This document shows positions 50,034-62,583 of a stretch of DNA of 64,000 nt, piece after piece. The DNA lies in the NCBI RefSeq assembly GCF_035594765.1, contig NC_085843.1, forward strand, positions 21,219,955-21,283,954, read 5' to 3'. Each line of letters opens with the position of its first letter. Within the stretch, counting starts at the first letter, position 1. The stretch is from Anolis carolinensis (taxonomy: Eukaryota). A program made the position numbers and the translations under genes. The notes beneath the pieces are model-generated. The model had not been told where the DNA came from. It made no database searches and saw only the letters and a program-made list of their open reading frames with translations.

Positions 50034-51733
50034 GTCTAGGTCCTCCAGTACAGTTCTGTGGTCATCTCCTTCCAGATGTTGATCATAGTGTTGTACTATA
50101 GTGCCTAGGGATTCCTAGAGAGATCATTTAAATCAAATCCATTATCAAATCTGCAAAAAAGAAACCCGCAAATATGGAGTGCTCACTATACTTATGCTGG
50201 AGACATATATAGTAAAGCGAATTGGTGGTAGGCTGGCCTGATGCAACTCCCTTTTCTTCAAGAACCCAGCAATGTGTGTTGTGCAACTTATTCTTCCCAA
50301 GCAAGCATGCCATGCTTAGGTGCAGGGAAGGGCTAAATGTTATTATGAGTGTTGTAATAATATCCACCCCGGTTAGAATTGGTATGGGAAGTGAAGAGTG
50401 ATGTCATATTGTCTGTTCTACAATGCAACAAGATAAATGGAGAAAAGAATAAAAGCAACATTGTGGTAAGAATCTATTAAAAGCCACCAAGCTAAAAAAA
50501 TACATTGTGCATTATACTTTTCAGAAACAAGCTGAGAAATCTCAAAGGCACAAGAATTATTAGTTATGAGCACTTCAACTCCCCTTAAAATCTTCCTGGA
50601 GACTAATTCTGCTAAGCATAGATAGTCCAACAATTTAATGATGTAACTTGGGCTTGCTTAAATCAGTGGGAAGGAGTGAAGGGAGCAGAATCCCATCATT
50701 CCTGGCAGGTTTATTAGGATTTGCTCTCATTTTTCTGGCTTTACTAAAGTCCGTACATAAATTCCAGGATTTCTCGGCCAAAAATGCTAGTTTTCCGTGT
50801 TCTTTTCCATTGCTAACTTTGACTTTCTTGTTGTATGGTTATACCCTTTTGACCATTTGGTGTTGCTTGATCAGACATCTCTCAGTCAACCACTTATAAA
50901 AGAATAAATAACCCCTTTTCCTCCTCTGACTTCAAGAATTTTATTCTGCCATCCTCCATAGGTTAAGTGTGTGTGTTGAGTCTCTTTAAGAGTTCCTATT
51001 GAATTATTCACTCTTTTCAATCAGAAATGTATGTTACCTGAGTGTTAGTTATCCCAGATGACATTTTGAGACAACAATTTATTTACAGCACTTGTAAATA
51101 TTTATTTATTTATTTATACTTGTTCCAACTTACATATAAATTAAGTTTAAGACTAAATCTAGAGCCTATCTTGTTTGTAACTTGGAAACTGCCTGTAATA
51201 CAAAATAATGAATAACATGCTGCTAGTCTCCAGGGTCTTTTGTTAAATGAGACTTCCATAGTTTAAGGTTATGTTTATAGAAAGACGATGTATCAGCATT
51301 CTCCCCTTGGTTGTACATAATCATCTATCCATTGCTTATGGCTTCAAACACTAATTGGTTAAATCATTCCCAGACTCTAGTCCTCCAGATGTTCTAGACT
51401 TCAGCTCTCAGAAGCCTCAGCTGCCTTTGCAAATCCTTAATCAGGATGTAAGGAACTGAAGTTCAAAACACCTGGAAGACCAGAGTTCAATAACATACAA
51501 TTATATTGCATATATTTCATCTGCAGCTATGCAGGGAAAGATCAATTGATTAAGCAACCAAATGATTTATGTTTCTTACATCCCTAAACTTATTTATTTA
51601 AGATCTAAAACCAGCATAGTATCTATTCACCTAACTTATAGGCTTGCATGTTTATTAGGTGCTGCAAAGTGCTTTGAACACTGAAATCACTATAAAAGTG
51701 CTAAATATATGAAGATTGAAGGAAATGCTGTTG

Positions 51734-51766
<33 letters not shown>

Positions 51767-52872
51767 CCTGAGATTTCTCCTTTTTCACCTGAAGACCAGA
51801 GAAGAGATAGAAGAGAGATCTGGGATCCTGATCCATGCCCCTTATTTTCCACACTTGCGACAACCTTGAAGCTGTAATAAATTACAACAGGTTGAAGTGG
51901 GGTCTGTGCAACAAACCCAAGCAGGAAATCTCAGACACCACACAAAGAGTGTAAAAGAGTTTAAAACATTCCCTATCTTTAAACGTCCCTAGTTCAAGTT
52001 TTGATAAAAAAGTGTTACATAATAAATACATAACACCTGCAGTATTGAGGACAATAGGAATTGGAGTCTATCCTGATTTGAATGGCAGTGCAACCCATTT
52101 ATTATTGGACAATTACAATTAAAATTTATTACTATTATCAACTGAAATTTTAATATAAATAGGGCTGTTTCAGGTATGCTTTCTGAAATGGGAAGTTGTG
52201 CCTCTACAGAATCCTATCATGGTTAGTATTACACAAAAAGAAGTCTTTCTTTTGTCCTTAATTGGTTCTCTTCAGAGGGGTGCCTGAATATAACAGCCTG
52301 AAGGGCTGAAGCTTAAAGGACCTGCAAATAATTATATGTATTTCTCTCCTAGGTCTTTTCTGCTTTATAGCCTTTGGAAACTGGCTAGTTTATTTTGTTG
52401 AATAGTCAGTGGAATCAGAGCTCATGTAAGATCAAAAATACCTTTTTATGTTTTTTTTTTTTATGGGGAGGAGAAGGACATCCAAAGTTTCCCAGTGGTG
52501 AGAAAGTCAGGTCAGGAGAGTTATTTGTAGAGGGTTTTTAGGATACAGAAATAGGGAATGCAGGCTGAATCACAGTACTAGTGAAGGTCTTTAACACAGT
52601 TTTGTGACCAGTGCTGAACCTAGTTGTATTGCTGATTGTATCCTATGGATGTAGTTCTTTACCATATCTCTTCTCAAAGGTAACAATGAATAATTTCAGC
52701 AATTTTCATCCTGCTGCAAGGAAGTCTTTGTAAACCATCCCATTTCTGATGGCTGTTTTCTATTCTGGACTAATTCTATACAAATATAGGCAGTCCCAAA
52801 GTTATGAACAAGACAGGTTCTGTAGGTTTGTTCTCAAGTTGAATTTGTATGTAAGTCAGAAGAGGTACATTT

Positions 52873-53015
52873 NNNNNNNNNNNNNNNNNNNNNNNNNNNN
52901 NNNNNNNNNNNNNNNNNNNNNNNNNNNNNNNNNNNNNNNNNNNNNNNNNNNNNNNNNNNNNNNNNNNNNNNNNNNNNNNNNNNNNNNNNNNNNNNNNNNN
53001 NNNNNNNNNNNNNNN
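52873..53015. other. Assembly gap (143 N)
   Basis: N run flanked by a Tigger-like terminus (52787-52872) and CR1. Confidence 1.
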
Positions 53016-53400
53016 GTCTCTTCTCAACCTTTTCTTCTTCAGGCGAAACATACCAAGCTCTTTGAGCTGTTCCTCATAGGAAACCTTTGCTCATTTTAGT
53101 TGCCTTCCTCTGGACACATTACAACTTGTCAATATCTTTCTTGAACTGTGGTGCCCAGAATTGGACACAGTATTCCAGGTGATGTCTGACCAAAGCCAAA
53201 TAGAGAGACACCATGACTTCACTTGATCTAGACCAGTGGTTCTCAACCTGTGGGTTTCCAGGTGTTTTGGCCTACAACTCCCAGAAATCCCAGCCAGTTT
53301 ACCATTTCTGGGAGCTGAAGACCAAAACATCTGGGGACCCAGAGGTTGAGAACCACTGATCTAGACACTATGCTCTTTTTGATGCTGCCCAAAATTCCAA
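53016..53400 (-). mobile_element. CR1 ORF2 fragment split by a hAT MITE
   Basis: Reverse complement of [19 protein letters not shown]-type sequence. Confidence 0.85.
53234..53358. mobile_element. hAT-Charlie MITE
   Basis: Perfect TSD ATCTAGAC. Confidence 0.92.
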
Positions 53401-53483
53401 GCTCTGGTTCTGACAGAGTGAGAAAAACTAGCAAGATTCAAATAGCTGTCAGGGATTCTCTAGCATTTAGCAGAAAAGTAATG

Positions 53484-53812
53484 CAGTCATCCCTCCACAT
53501 TTGCTGGGGTTAGGGGCACAAGAACCCAGTGAAAATGAAAGATACAATTAAAAATGCAATTTCTTTGACTTGCTTTTGAGTAAACATGCATAAGAACACA
53601 TCTCTAGCAATTTCTAGGTCATCTGGTATTACTTTTATGTAAGAAATGATCATAGAATTACATTATAAAACCTAAAGATTTCTAGAGACTGGAGAAAGTT
53701 GAGCATAGAAACACCCTGTAGGATATAAATATTCCTAGAGAAAACATTTTAAATCAAATATGTAAACAATCAAATCTGTAAAAGTGAAAACTGCAAATGT
53801 GGAGGGACAACT
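53484..53812. mobile_element. Tigger-like MITE (old)
   Basis: TIRs CAGTCATCCCTCCACATTTGC / GCAAATGTGGAGGGACAACT. Confidence 0.7.
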
Positions 53813-54672
53813 ACACATGTGATTTCCAGAATTTGTGGGGAAAGGCCAAATTTGAGAATTAGTGCCAACTGTAGTAGAGCTATTAAACTCACTAGATTTA
53901 CCTTTGTGTTGACTCACTATAATTATTTCCCTATGAGAAATTCAGTACACAACCCCTACACATGTATATAACAAGCAAAGGTGGGGGGGGGGGCACAATA
54001 ATTTTTCACAGACACACAGACAACAAATACACTTCACAGAAAGGCACAAAAACTACTACAAAACAGACAAACACCTCACTGTTTTGTGGTAAGCAGGACT
54101 GTTTGTGTGTTTTCTCATTTGGAACACAAATGGTCACAGTTTATATCCTGGTAATCAAGATAGAGCTACTGTGAAGCAAATGTAATGAATTCTGGAGGGC
54201 GAATGATTTAGCTGCTGCAAACATTTTACTTGTGGATATAAATTGTTGTTATTATTTTAATCACTCCTTATACCTTTTTGGTTTTCTGTTGAAATTGTAA
54301 ACATATTATAATAACTCCTGGTAAGCCTAATGGAGCATGACTTGCTTTTGAGTAAACATGCATAAGATTGCATTTTTAAATATCTACAGAATGGGACAAT
54401 GAAACTATGGGTTGTTGTAATGAAACTGTGCTCTGCCCAACACTGATAAACAGCTCCTTCCACAATTCCTCACTATGTCTGGAGCTGATGGGAGGTGAGG
54501 TTTGGTACATTTGTTGGGATACTAGTTCTAAATCCCAGTCTGTGGACAAACCAATTGAAATAATCTCCTTTGGTAATTTTAAAATCACACAAAAGGTTAC
54601 AGATTCAAATGCTGTATTATATGGTTGTATTGTGATCTCCCACATGTTGTAGTGGTTTATGCATTGGTCTAT

Positions 54673-54893
54673 GGGTGCATCTGCACTGTAGAACGAATGC
54701 AATGTAACACCTCTTTAATTGCCATTACTCAATCTATGGAATCCTGGGAACAGGAGTTTGGTGAGGCACCAGCTCTCTGTGGCAGAGAAGACTGAAGGCC
54801 TTGTGAAACTACAGCCCACATGATTCCATAGTATTGAGACCTAGTAGTTAAAGTCATATCAAACTGCATTAATTTAACAGTGTAGATGCACCC
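54673..54893. mobile_element. PIF/Harbinger-like palindromic MITE nested in a CORE SINE
   Basis: TIRs GGGTGCATCT.CACTGT / CAGTGTAGATGCACCC; 3-bp TSD TAT; relatives at 56308-56456, 58806-59005 and 59878-60185. Confidence 0.8.
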
Positions 54894-55300
54894 TATGACT
54901 CTGGAAACCAGGATTCCATGCTCAGCCATGGAAACCCACTGGGAGATCTTGGGCAAGTGACACTCTCTCAGCCAAAGAGGAAGGCCCCTGAAGAAATCTT
55001 GCCTTGAAAACCCTTAGGGTCACCATAATTTGGAAGTGACGTTAAGGTACACTACAAAAACACATTGCTGTATTGTTTTAGACAGGATTACTTTAAAGAT
55101 GTCACATTTCAAAGGCCAATTTTCACATTATGCTTTTCTACATATTTGATGTCTGAAAAGCAAATTATCTATACACAAACCTAAAGATACTCAGTTTTGT
55201 CTGATTTCAGAAGTGTGCAAGTTTGTGCTTAGTTGTAGTACTTGGGTGACAGAATAACAGCTGGACAGCTACCTGTTCTAGCAGACGTTCCTGCACTTAA

Positions 55301-56253
55301 TAGGGTTGTGCACAGGTCCGTTTTTCAAAATGGGCTTAGGTTGTTTTGGCTCTTTTAGTCAGCCATAATGGCATGGGCTCTGCCACCCTTTTTTCCAGCC
55401 GCAACAGACCAAATGGCTGCCATAAGCGGTTGCTTTTGGATTCTTTTGATTACGTGTGGAGTGTGGGGTGGGAGGCAGCCCCATGCGCACGGGTTTCCCT
55501 TTGAGCCCTGCTGCCTGCCCGAGCCAATCAGAAGAAGAAAGCCACTCACATCTAGCTAGCTCCAATTCCAATCTTTTCTTTGGCAATTTTTGTTTATGGA
55601 CTGTAAAAGGGCATTTGGGGAGGGTGTTTTGTTTAAATATTGGAATGGTTTACCAAAGGGAAGGGAGCCTGACTCACTTGAGTCCCCGTGAGGAGAATTC
55701 AGTTCCTTCCCAGCTCTCATTGGAGGATATAAATCTTTTAATACCGAGTCTTGGGAAGGAAAGCAGCCCATAGAAGTGTCTTAACACTGGGACTTCAGAA
55801 GGAAAGCATCCCATAGAAGTGTTTCAACACTGGGGCTCAGAAGAAAAGCAGCCCATGGAAGTGTCTTAACACCAAGTCTTGGGAAGGAAAGCAGCCCATA
55901 CAAAGTTTTAACATGGGCCTTGGAAGGAAATTTAGCCCCATATGAAGAGGTAGGACTCATTGAAGGATATAAGAGGTAAAGATCGCAGAAAAGATGGTTT
56001 CTTAAGCCTGTTGGTTAAGGATTCATTGAAGGATATAAGGGAAAAAGATCCCAGAAAATGGTTTTTTTAACAAAGTCCTAAGTTCCCCATTGTCACCAAT
56101 AGGCTGGATATCCCTGGATCTTTCAGCTGCCGAACTGAAAACGGCTTTTTTTCCATTAGCCGATTTTGGGAGGTTCCTGAAAATGGATCTGGGTGCCCAC
56201 TGAAATGTGTATACCAAAAACAGATCACGGTCCAGTCCAATAGCACAACCCTA
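55301..56253. mobile_element. Non-autonomous hAT (TAGGG termini) with internal minisatellites
   Basis: 11-bp perfect TIR TAGGGTTGTGC/GCACAACCCTA; five units of about 43 bp at 55746-55940; two units of about 65 bp at 55958-56070; TSD not preserved. Confidence 0.75.
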
Positions 56254-59200
56254 CTGAGTAGGTTAGATTTGATAGCCTATGGATCCCCTTACAAATCTAT
56301 GATTGAAAGGGTGCATCTACGCTGTAGAATTAATGTAATTTGGTGAATTGCTCACACTCTTTGGCAGAGAAGGCTTAAAGACATTGTGAAACTACAACTC
56401 CCATGATTCAATAACATTGAGCCATGGCAATTAAAAGGCATCTACAATGTAGATGTAAATCAGGACTTTCTAGATGGATTTAGGAAGAAATCCAGCCTGA
56501 AACACTTGGAGGCTGCTTCCAGCTAGAGTCGGCAATTGGGCTAAATGGACTAAGGATCTGGATCCGTATAAAGTCATTTCCTATGTACTTTGAACTCAAA
56601 AGCGAGATCAATGCTAAATGGGAAGAAAAATGACAATTCTATCAGAATTTTAGTCTTCATCAGTCTTCTTTCCCAATATTATTTCATATCGTAGTAGTCA
56701 TCACAGTTCTCCACAGCAGTATTCTTTTGTAATATTTAAGCCAGGCTACACTTGAACCCAGCGGTGTAAGGGTGACTGGAGCTGAATATTTTAACAAAAC
56801 CTTAGGGCTTTCCTATTTTAAATACAAAAAGACAAAAGCTGAAAAATATTTTTTATTCTCTTCAGTTGTTTTTTAAAATTCTTTGTCCCTGTAATGTAAC
56901 CTTTTGACTTGAGATTTTTCATGAGGGAGTAAAAGAAAAAAAAATCCCTTTGAATCTGGATATAGTCCTGCAACAATAGTCAAACATTACCAAATGATGG
57001 CTTTAAGAAAGGAATCTCTCTTTCAAAGATGGTAGGACTGATGAAAGAGGAGTTTTTGAAAGAAAAAGAGAGAGGAATTGATCTACTGTCCCATCTTCAC
57101 AATTGCAAGATGCTTGGTTTTTGTTTTGTTTTGCTTTGCTTTGTTATGTTTTATTATTTTTTAAAAGACCTCATTATTTTAAAAGTATATATACTGTTTC
57201 ACAATATATGGGACAAGAGCCACTTTTAATCCTTTGTAATCATAGCAGTTATGACACAGTTATATTTTATACCAAATAATGAGGGAGCATTCTCCCAATG
57301 AGTTTGCTAGCCAATTTCTCTGCCTTTTGTATCAAGAAGAGATCTATAATTTTCCGTTCAGTGGGCTCAAGAGCAATTAGGGTAAGCGGATTGGCAAAAA
57401 AATACACATGGGTTTCAAATTCATATTTGGGAATAATTAATGTTTAGCTGTCATAACTATCCTATAAACGATCCTTCTTCTGAAAACCCAGTATGCAGAG
57501 CAGCAACAATAAACTGTCAGGGAGGATGAGAATTTTGTCGTCAAGTGAAAGGACAGTTCTCTCTGAAAAGGCAGTCAAAGAACAGTCCAATACTGTAAAG
57601 GGTGATTCTACACATGGCAGTTCTGCACAGACACAAGACCCCAGTGCTAATCTAGAGTGCCAAAATCTGACTCAGCCCTGAATGGTTCTTGCTGCCAACC
57701 CCTAGGCCTCCGAAGAGGTGGGAAGGAGTCCTGACCAAGCCTTTACTACCCCCTCATGTTCTTATCACAACAACAACCATTGGGTTCAAAATGGCTGGTG
57801 GCTGTTGCTCCTCACCTGGAGTCATGTTAGCTGGGCCATCTGATGACGTGAGAATTTCCCTCTCCTGTCCCCATCCCTCTTTTGATTGCCCTTGCACCCT
57901 GGCCAATGTCACTCCAAGTGATAAGTGATGGCCAGCAGACATTTCACGCCTAGCATAGCATGCCCTGTTTTGCTGCTTTTAATCACGGCAAGTATGGGGC
58001 CTGCCGTGCGCCATCACACAATGCATGGCAGGCCCTGCCAATATTTCTACCAAAGTGGAGGAGAAGCGCCAAAATGTGCTTTCTCCACTACAGGGAGGAA
58101 AGTGTCATTTGGGTAGCTTCAACTGAGCTACCCACACTTTCCTCCCTTTTTTGCCATGTGATGGCAGAAAGGGAGTCCGGGCAATGCGTGTTGGCACTAT
58201 TTCTGTCATCTGATAAGGGGAGGGAAAGGGCATCAAAGCACCCTTTCCTGTCCCCTTCCTGTGATGAGGGGAGGGAGGAGGGTCCATGGGGCACTACAAG
58301 CTACCCTATGCACCTTACCTTTCATTGGCGATTGCCAGCACAATGGCACTGCCCAAATGGGCCTTGTGAAGAAGTTGTAAGTGCTACACTATGTCCCCAG
58401 GCTGCCCAAGCCCAGGAACATGGGATGGTCATATAAAGAGTTGTGCCAAGTTCTGTCTTGGAACCAGCCCATATGTTTATGTGGGCCTAAAATCACAATT
58501 TGCTCTAGATTATCAGTGAAATTCTGGAGCAGTCCTCAACTTTTGTTAACACGGTTCAAGGCCACTTTAAGTGGCTTTGGCCCATGTTAACCTGTGTAAA
58601 CATGCCCAAAATTGGGGTGGTTGTGTGTTTTTCAGGCTATATGGCCATGTTCCAGAAGTATTATCTCCTGAGGTTTTGCCCACATCTATGGCAGGCCTGT
58701 GATTCTGGCCATGAAAGCTTTCAACAACACAATGCTCAAAGTTGATGAGCCAAAGGTTAGCAGTCATTTCTTTATTACAAATAGAGCCATTCTGCATTTT
58801 TTCTTGGGTTGCATCTACAATGTAGTATAAATTGAAATTGGACACCACTTTAACTGCTATAGCTCAATGTGATGGCAGTTTGGGATTTACAGTTTGATGA
58901 AGCACCAAAACTCTTTGACAGGGAAGACTAGAGACCTTATAAAACCAAAATTCACATGTCAATTCCCTCGAGTCATGGTAGTCAGATTACATTAATTCTA
59001 CATCAGTGGCCATGTGGATCTATGTTCCCACAGGTTGTTGGTGGTTGCAGAGCAAATGTAACTTACTTTAACTATCTTTTTTTATTTCTATTAAAAGTTT
59101 GGTATTATCAGTTCATGTTAATGCCATTCTGATCATATTTCATTATGAAAGGTTTGAAACATCACTTTTATATGGCTATTTTCACTTTGGAAGTGTTCAA

Positions 59201-59891
59201 ACGTGCTGTCTGACCTTTTTTCTTTTATGGACAGAAACCCACCTGTGCTGGCAATACCCTCAGGCTAGATTAATACAATGTCTTCTCTCCAGCTGTCCTT
59301 GAAATCTGTTCAAAGATTTTATCCACTAGGCAAGAAAGTTGAAACATGACTGTCCTATTGAGGGTTGAAAAATCTGATGAGATCTTCCATCATCAAAAAC
59401 CATCCTGGGAGAAGTTCAATTAAAAATAATTGACATAGACGACAAGATCAGAATGGGTTTTCAGATATGGGATTGCTTCCCAGTTCTTTGAATTTATGCC
59501 TGTAGAATGTACTAACATAAGTTGCAAACTTCTATGTGCACTATGAAGAGCTGGGGTTTGGGTTCTGAAATGTGCAAAATCATTCTCTATAATTGATATG
59601 GTTCTTTTTATTTCACTCTGTTGGTGTGATAGAGGTGTCCATTAGATTTTAGCTCAACACTCAACAATTGTTTGAATGGATCTATTGTAGTTGGGACAAA
59701 CCAACAGAAAGACAGCTAGTCTGCTTATAACCAACCAGCTGCTGAACAAGGATCATGAGGGCACAAGCCAAGTAGCACACAAAATAAATTCTGCAGCTCT
59801 CTCCAACAAAGACTCAACCTGAACATAGGGCTTACAACCTAATTGGAATGAAGATTAGAAGTAAGCTTCTACACTTAAGATGCATCTAAAC

Positions 59892-59989
59892 CAGGCATGG
59901 GCAAACTTCGGCCCTCTAGGTTCTTTGGACTTCAACTTCCACAATTCCTAACAGCCTACTGGCTGGAGGGCTGCAATTTGCCCATACCT
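59892..59989. mobile_element. Short hAT MITE nested in a Harbinger-like MITE
   Basis: CAGGCATGGGCAAAC...TTTGCCCATACCT, inserted in the ATCTA of the host TIR. Confidence 0.7.
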
Positions 59990-60126
59990 TATCTACACTA
60001 TAGAATGAATGCAGCTTAATTTAATGCTCAATGCTATGGAGTCATGGGAGTTGTAGTTTGGTGAGGCACCAGAACTATTTGGCAGAGAAGGCTAAAGATC
60101 TTGTAAATTCCCAGTGATTCCATACC

Positions 60127-60539
60127 ATTGAACCATGGCAGTTAAAGTGATATCAAACTGAATCAATTCTATGGTTTAGATACACTGGCAGTCCCTGAAA
60201 ACTCCATTATACAGGAAAACCTGGGAAGCATAAGATGTCCACTGAAAAGGTAAAAGACACTTGAACACATTCTATTTTCCCTGATAAAACAAAAAAGGTA
60301 TCATGATATGGAAACACTACACTGAGAAAATATTGAACCATGGCAGTTAAAGTGGTGCCAAACTGAATCAATTGTATGGTGTAGATACACCAGCAGTCCC
60401 GGAAAGCTTCATTATGCAGGAAAACCTGGGAAGCATATAATGCCCACTCAAAAGATAAAAGACACTTGTACATACATTATATTTTCCTTGATACAACAAA
60501 AAGGGTATCATGATATGGAAACTCTACACTGAGAAAATA
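60127..60539. repeat. Tandem duplication, about 205 bp x2
   Basis: Units 60127-60331 and 60332-60539 are collinear with scattered substitutions. Confidence 0.9.
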
Positions 60540-61027
60540 CTTGCCTGCTGCAATATTTGTTGTATTACTGGACTTTTGTCTATGTGTATGCAAAGGGATC
60601 TTGTAAAACACAGGTGTCAAACACAAGGCCTGTGGGCCAAATCCAATCCTCTATGTCGTTTTTGTGGCCCTTCAGATGCTGGGCTACACCTCCTGTATTC
60701 CTCATCATTAGACATCATGACGAGATCTGATGGGAGGTGCGATACGTAAGGCTGCAGTTTGTTCTGTTTAATGAAGATAATGGGGTTTGAATTGACTTGT
60801 AGATGTGATATCTGATTTCAAAATGTTCTATAACTTTTCCCCAACCTCAGAGCCACAAGTGCTATTTGGTTGCAGCTTCCATTATCCTCTATCTACATGG
60901 TGGGAGATCAAAAGAGATGGGAGTTATCATTTAATAACACCTGGACACCCAAACTGGCAAAAAAAACAAAACAAAAACTAAAGCTCTTTTACCACTATGT
61001 AAAAAAAATATTGTTGGCCCTCTGTTT

Positions 61028-61470
61028 TCATAGAATCATAGAATAATAGAGTTGGAAGAGACTTCATGGGCCATCCAGTCCAACTCCCTGCCAAGAAGCA
61101 GGAAATCGCATTCAAAGCACCCCCGACAGATGGCCATCCAGCCTATGCTTAAAAGCCTCCAAAGAAGGAGCCTCCATTACAGTCTGGGGGAGAGAGTTCC
61201 ACTGCCAAACAGCCCTCACAGTGAGGAAGTTCTTCCTAATGTTCAGGTGGAATCTCCTTTCCTGTAGTTTAAAGCCATTGTTCCGCGTCCTAGTCTGCAG
61301 GACAGCAGAAAACAAGCTTGCTCCTCCTCCCTATGACTTTCCCGAAGGCAACACCTCGAGAATGGGGCTATAAAACCATTATCCAATAGATGGGTAGCAT
61401 GACTTCCCTGGATTTAGACGCTATACTTCTATTGATGCAGGCTAAAGTCCCGTTGGCTTTTTTAACTGTA
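61028..61470 (-). mobile_element. CR1 3' end (young) plus a second ORF2 piece
   Basis: TRTRNNGFKLQERRFHLNIRKNFLTVRAVWQWNSLP; (CATAGAAT)n tail; KKANGTLACINRSIASKSREVMLP at 61380-61470. Confidence 0.92.
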
Positions 61471-61618
61471 TTCATGGATTCTCCATCCAATGGCCCTTTG
61501 AAGACAACCACAGGGCAAATGTGTTTCTCGATGAAAATTAATTCAATGTAGGTATGTGTGTCATAAAAAATGAAATACTCAGTGGTTTGTAGAACTTGTG
61601 GCATTAAGGTATGCATAA

Positions 61619-61619
<1 letters not shown>

Positions 61620-61681
<62 letters not shown>
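61620..61681. repeat. (TAA)n microsatellite
   Basis: About 20 units; other microsatellites at 494-515 (ACA), 12702-12744 (CT/AT), 21968-22015 (TAA), 27851-27876 (GA), 48880-48920 (AAT) and 51737-51764 (CA). Confidence 0.95.
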
Positions 61682-61683
<2 letters not shown>

Positions 61684-62583
61684 AAAAAAGGGATTAAAAT
61701 ACAAGATATGAGTATAAAATTCATAATAAAAAACAGATGGTGTGTAGGCCAGGGTAGAAAATAGATTATTCTTCCTCTTCTTTAGATGTGTTTACTTCTA
61801 AGGTATTTCACTTTTGTTAGACTTCAGTGTGAATTATTCATGGATCTTGTGATACATTTATTTATCTGAAATGTTTAGTCTGTTGTTCAGTTATTTAAAT
61901 GCTGAATTTCGATTGTTAGTGATCACAATTTATTTTCTATTATGTAAGTTGTTTTCTCATGTTACTGTAAACCATGTAGATGGTGGCCATGATGGTGATG
62001 ATAGGGCTACAGCATATCCAAGGGTGTAACTTGCGGTTGTTGAGCTTCATTTGACTTGTTGTGGAAACAAAGATTAGTGGTAAAGCTTCAGTGGAGACAC
62101 CTTTTCCCATGTTAACTCTTTCAGGAGTGAATTTCCCTTCCAAGGGGTAGGTTTCTCTCACTTTCTGTTGCATATCTCCCATTCTTAACTATGAATCATT
62201 TGTAAGTTGGATGTTTGTAATTTGTTCCTCTGTGATATCTTTATATCATAATGCCATAGGATGATAAATACTTCAATCTCAGCATGTCAAAATCAGGAAT
62301 GTTTAGGAAAGCATTTAAGTGATAAATTACCTGCTGATGATACAAAAGTCTGCTGGAGAAGCCAGCTGATCACCATATTAATACCATCTCTTTATAGTAA
62401 GTGCAGAGGACTCTGACAGAGACATTTGTTTTACTCTCATGATACTGCCTCTCTTAGTTTCCCAAAGAGGTGAAATTTGTGCTTGGTTTTTACTCTCCTT
62501 CTTGCTAATCTGTCATTCATTTTTTTTCTCCCAGAATGACTATATTTCAGTGATTTGGATTACTGTAAAAAGCTCAATGCATC

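Noticed and set aside
57700-58436. 158-aa ORF in a GC-richer block
   Set aside because: No recognisable domain or splice context; CATCACAC/TGTGATG motifs suggest an old DNA-transposon remnant.
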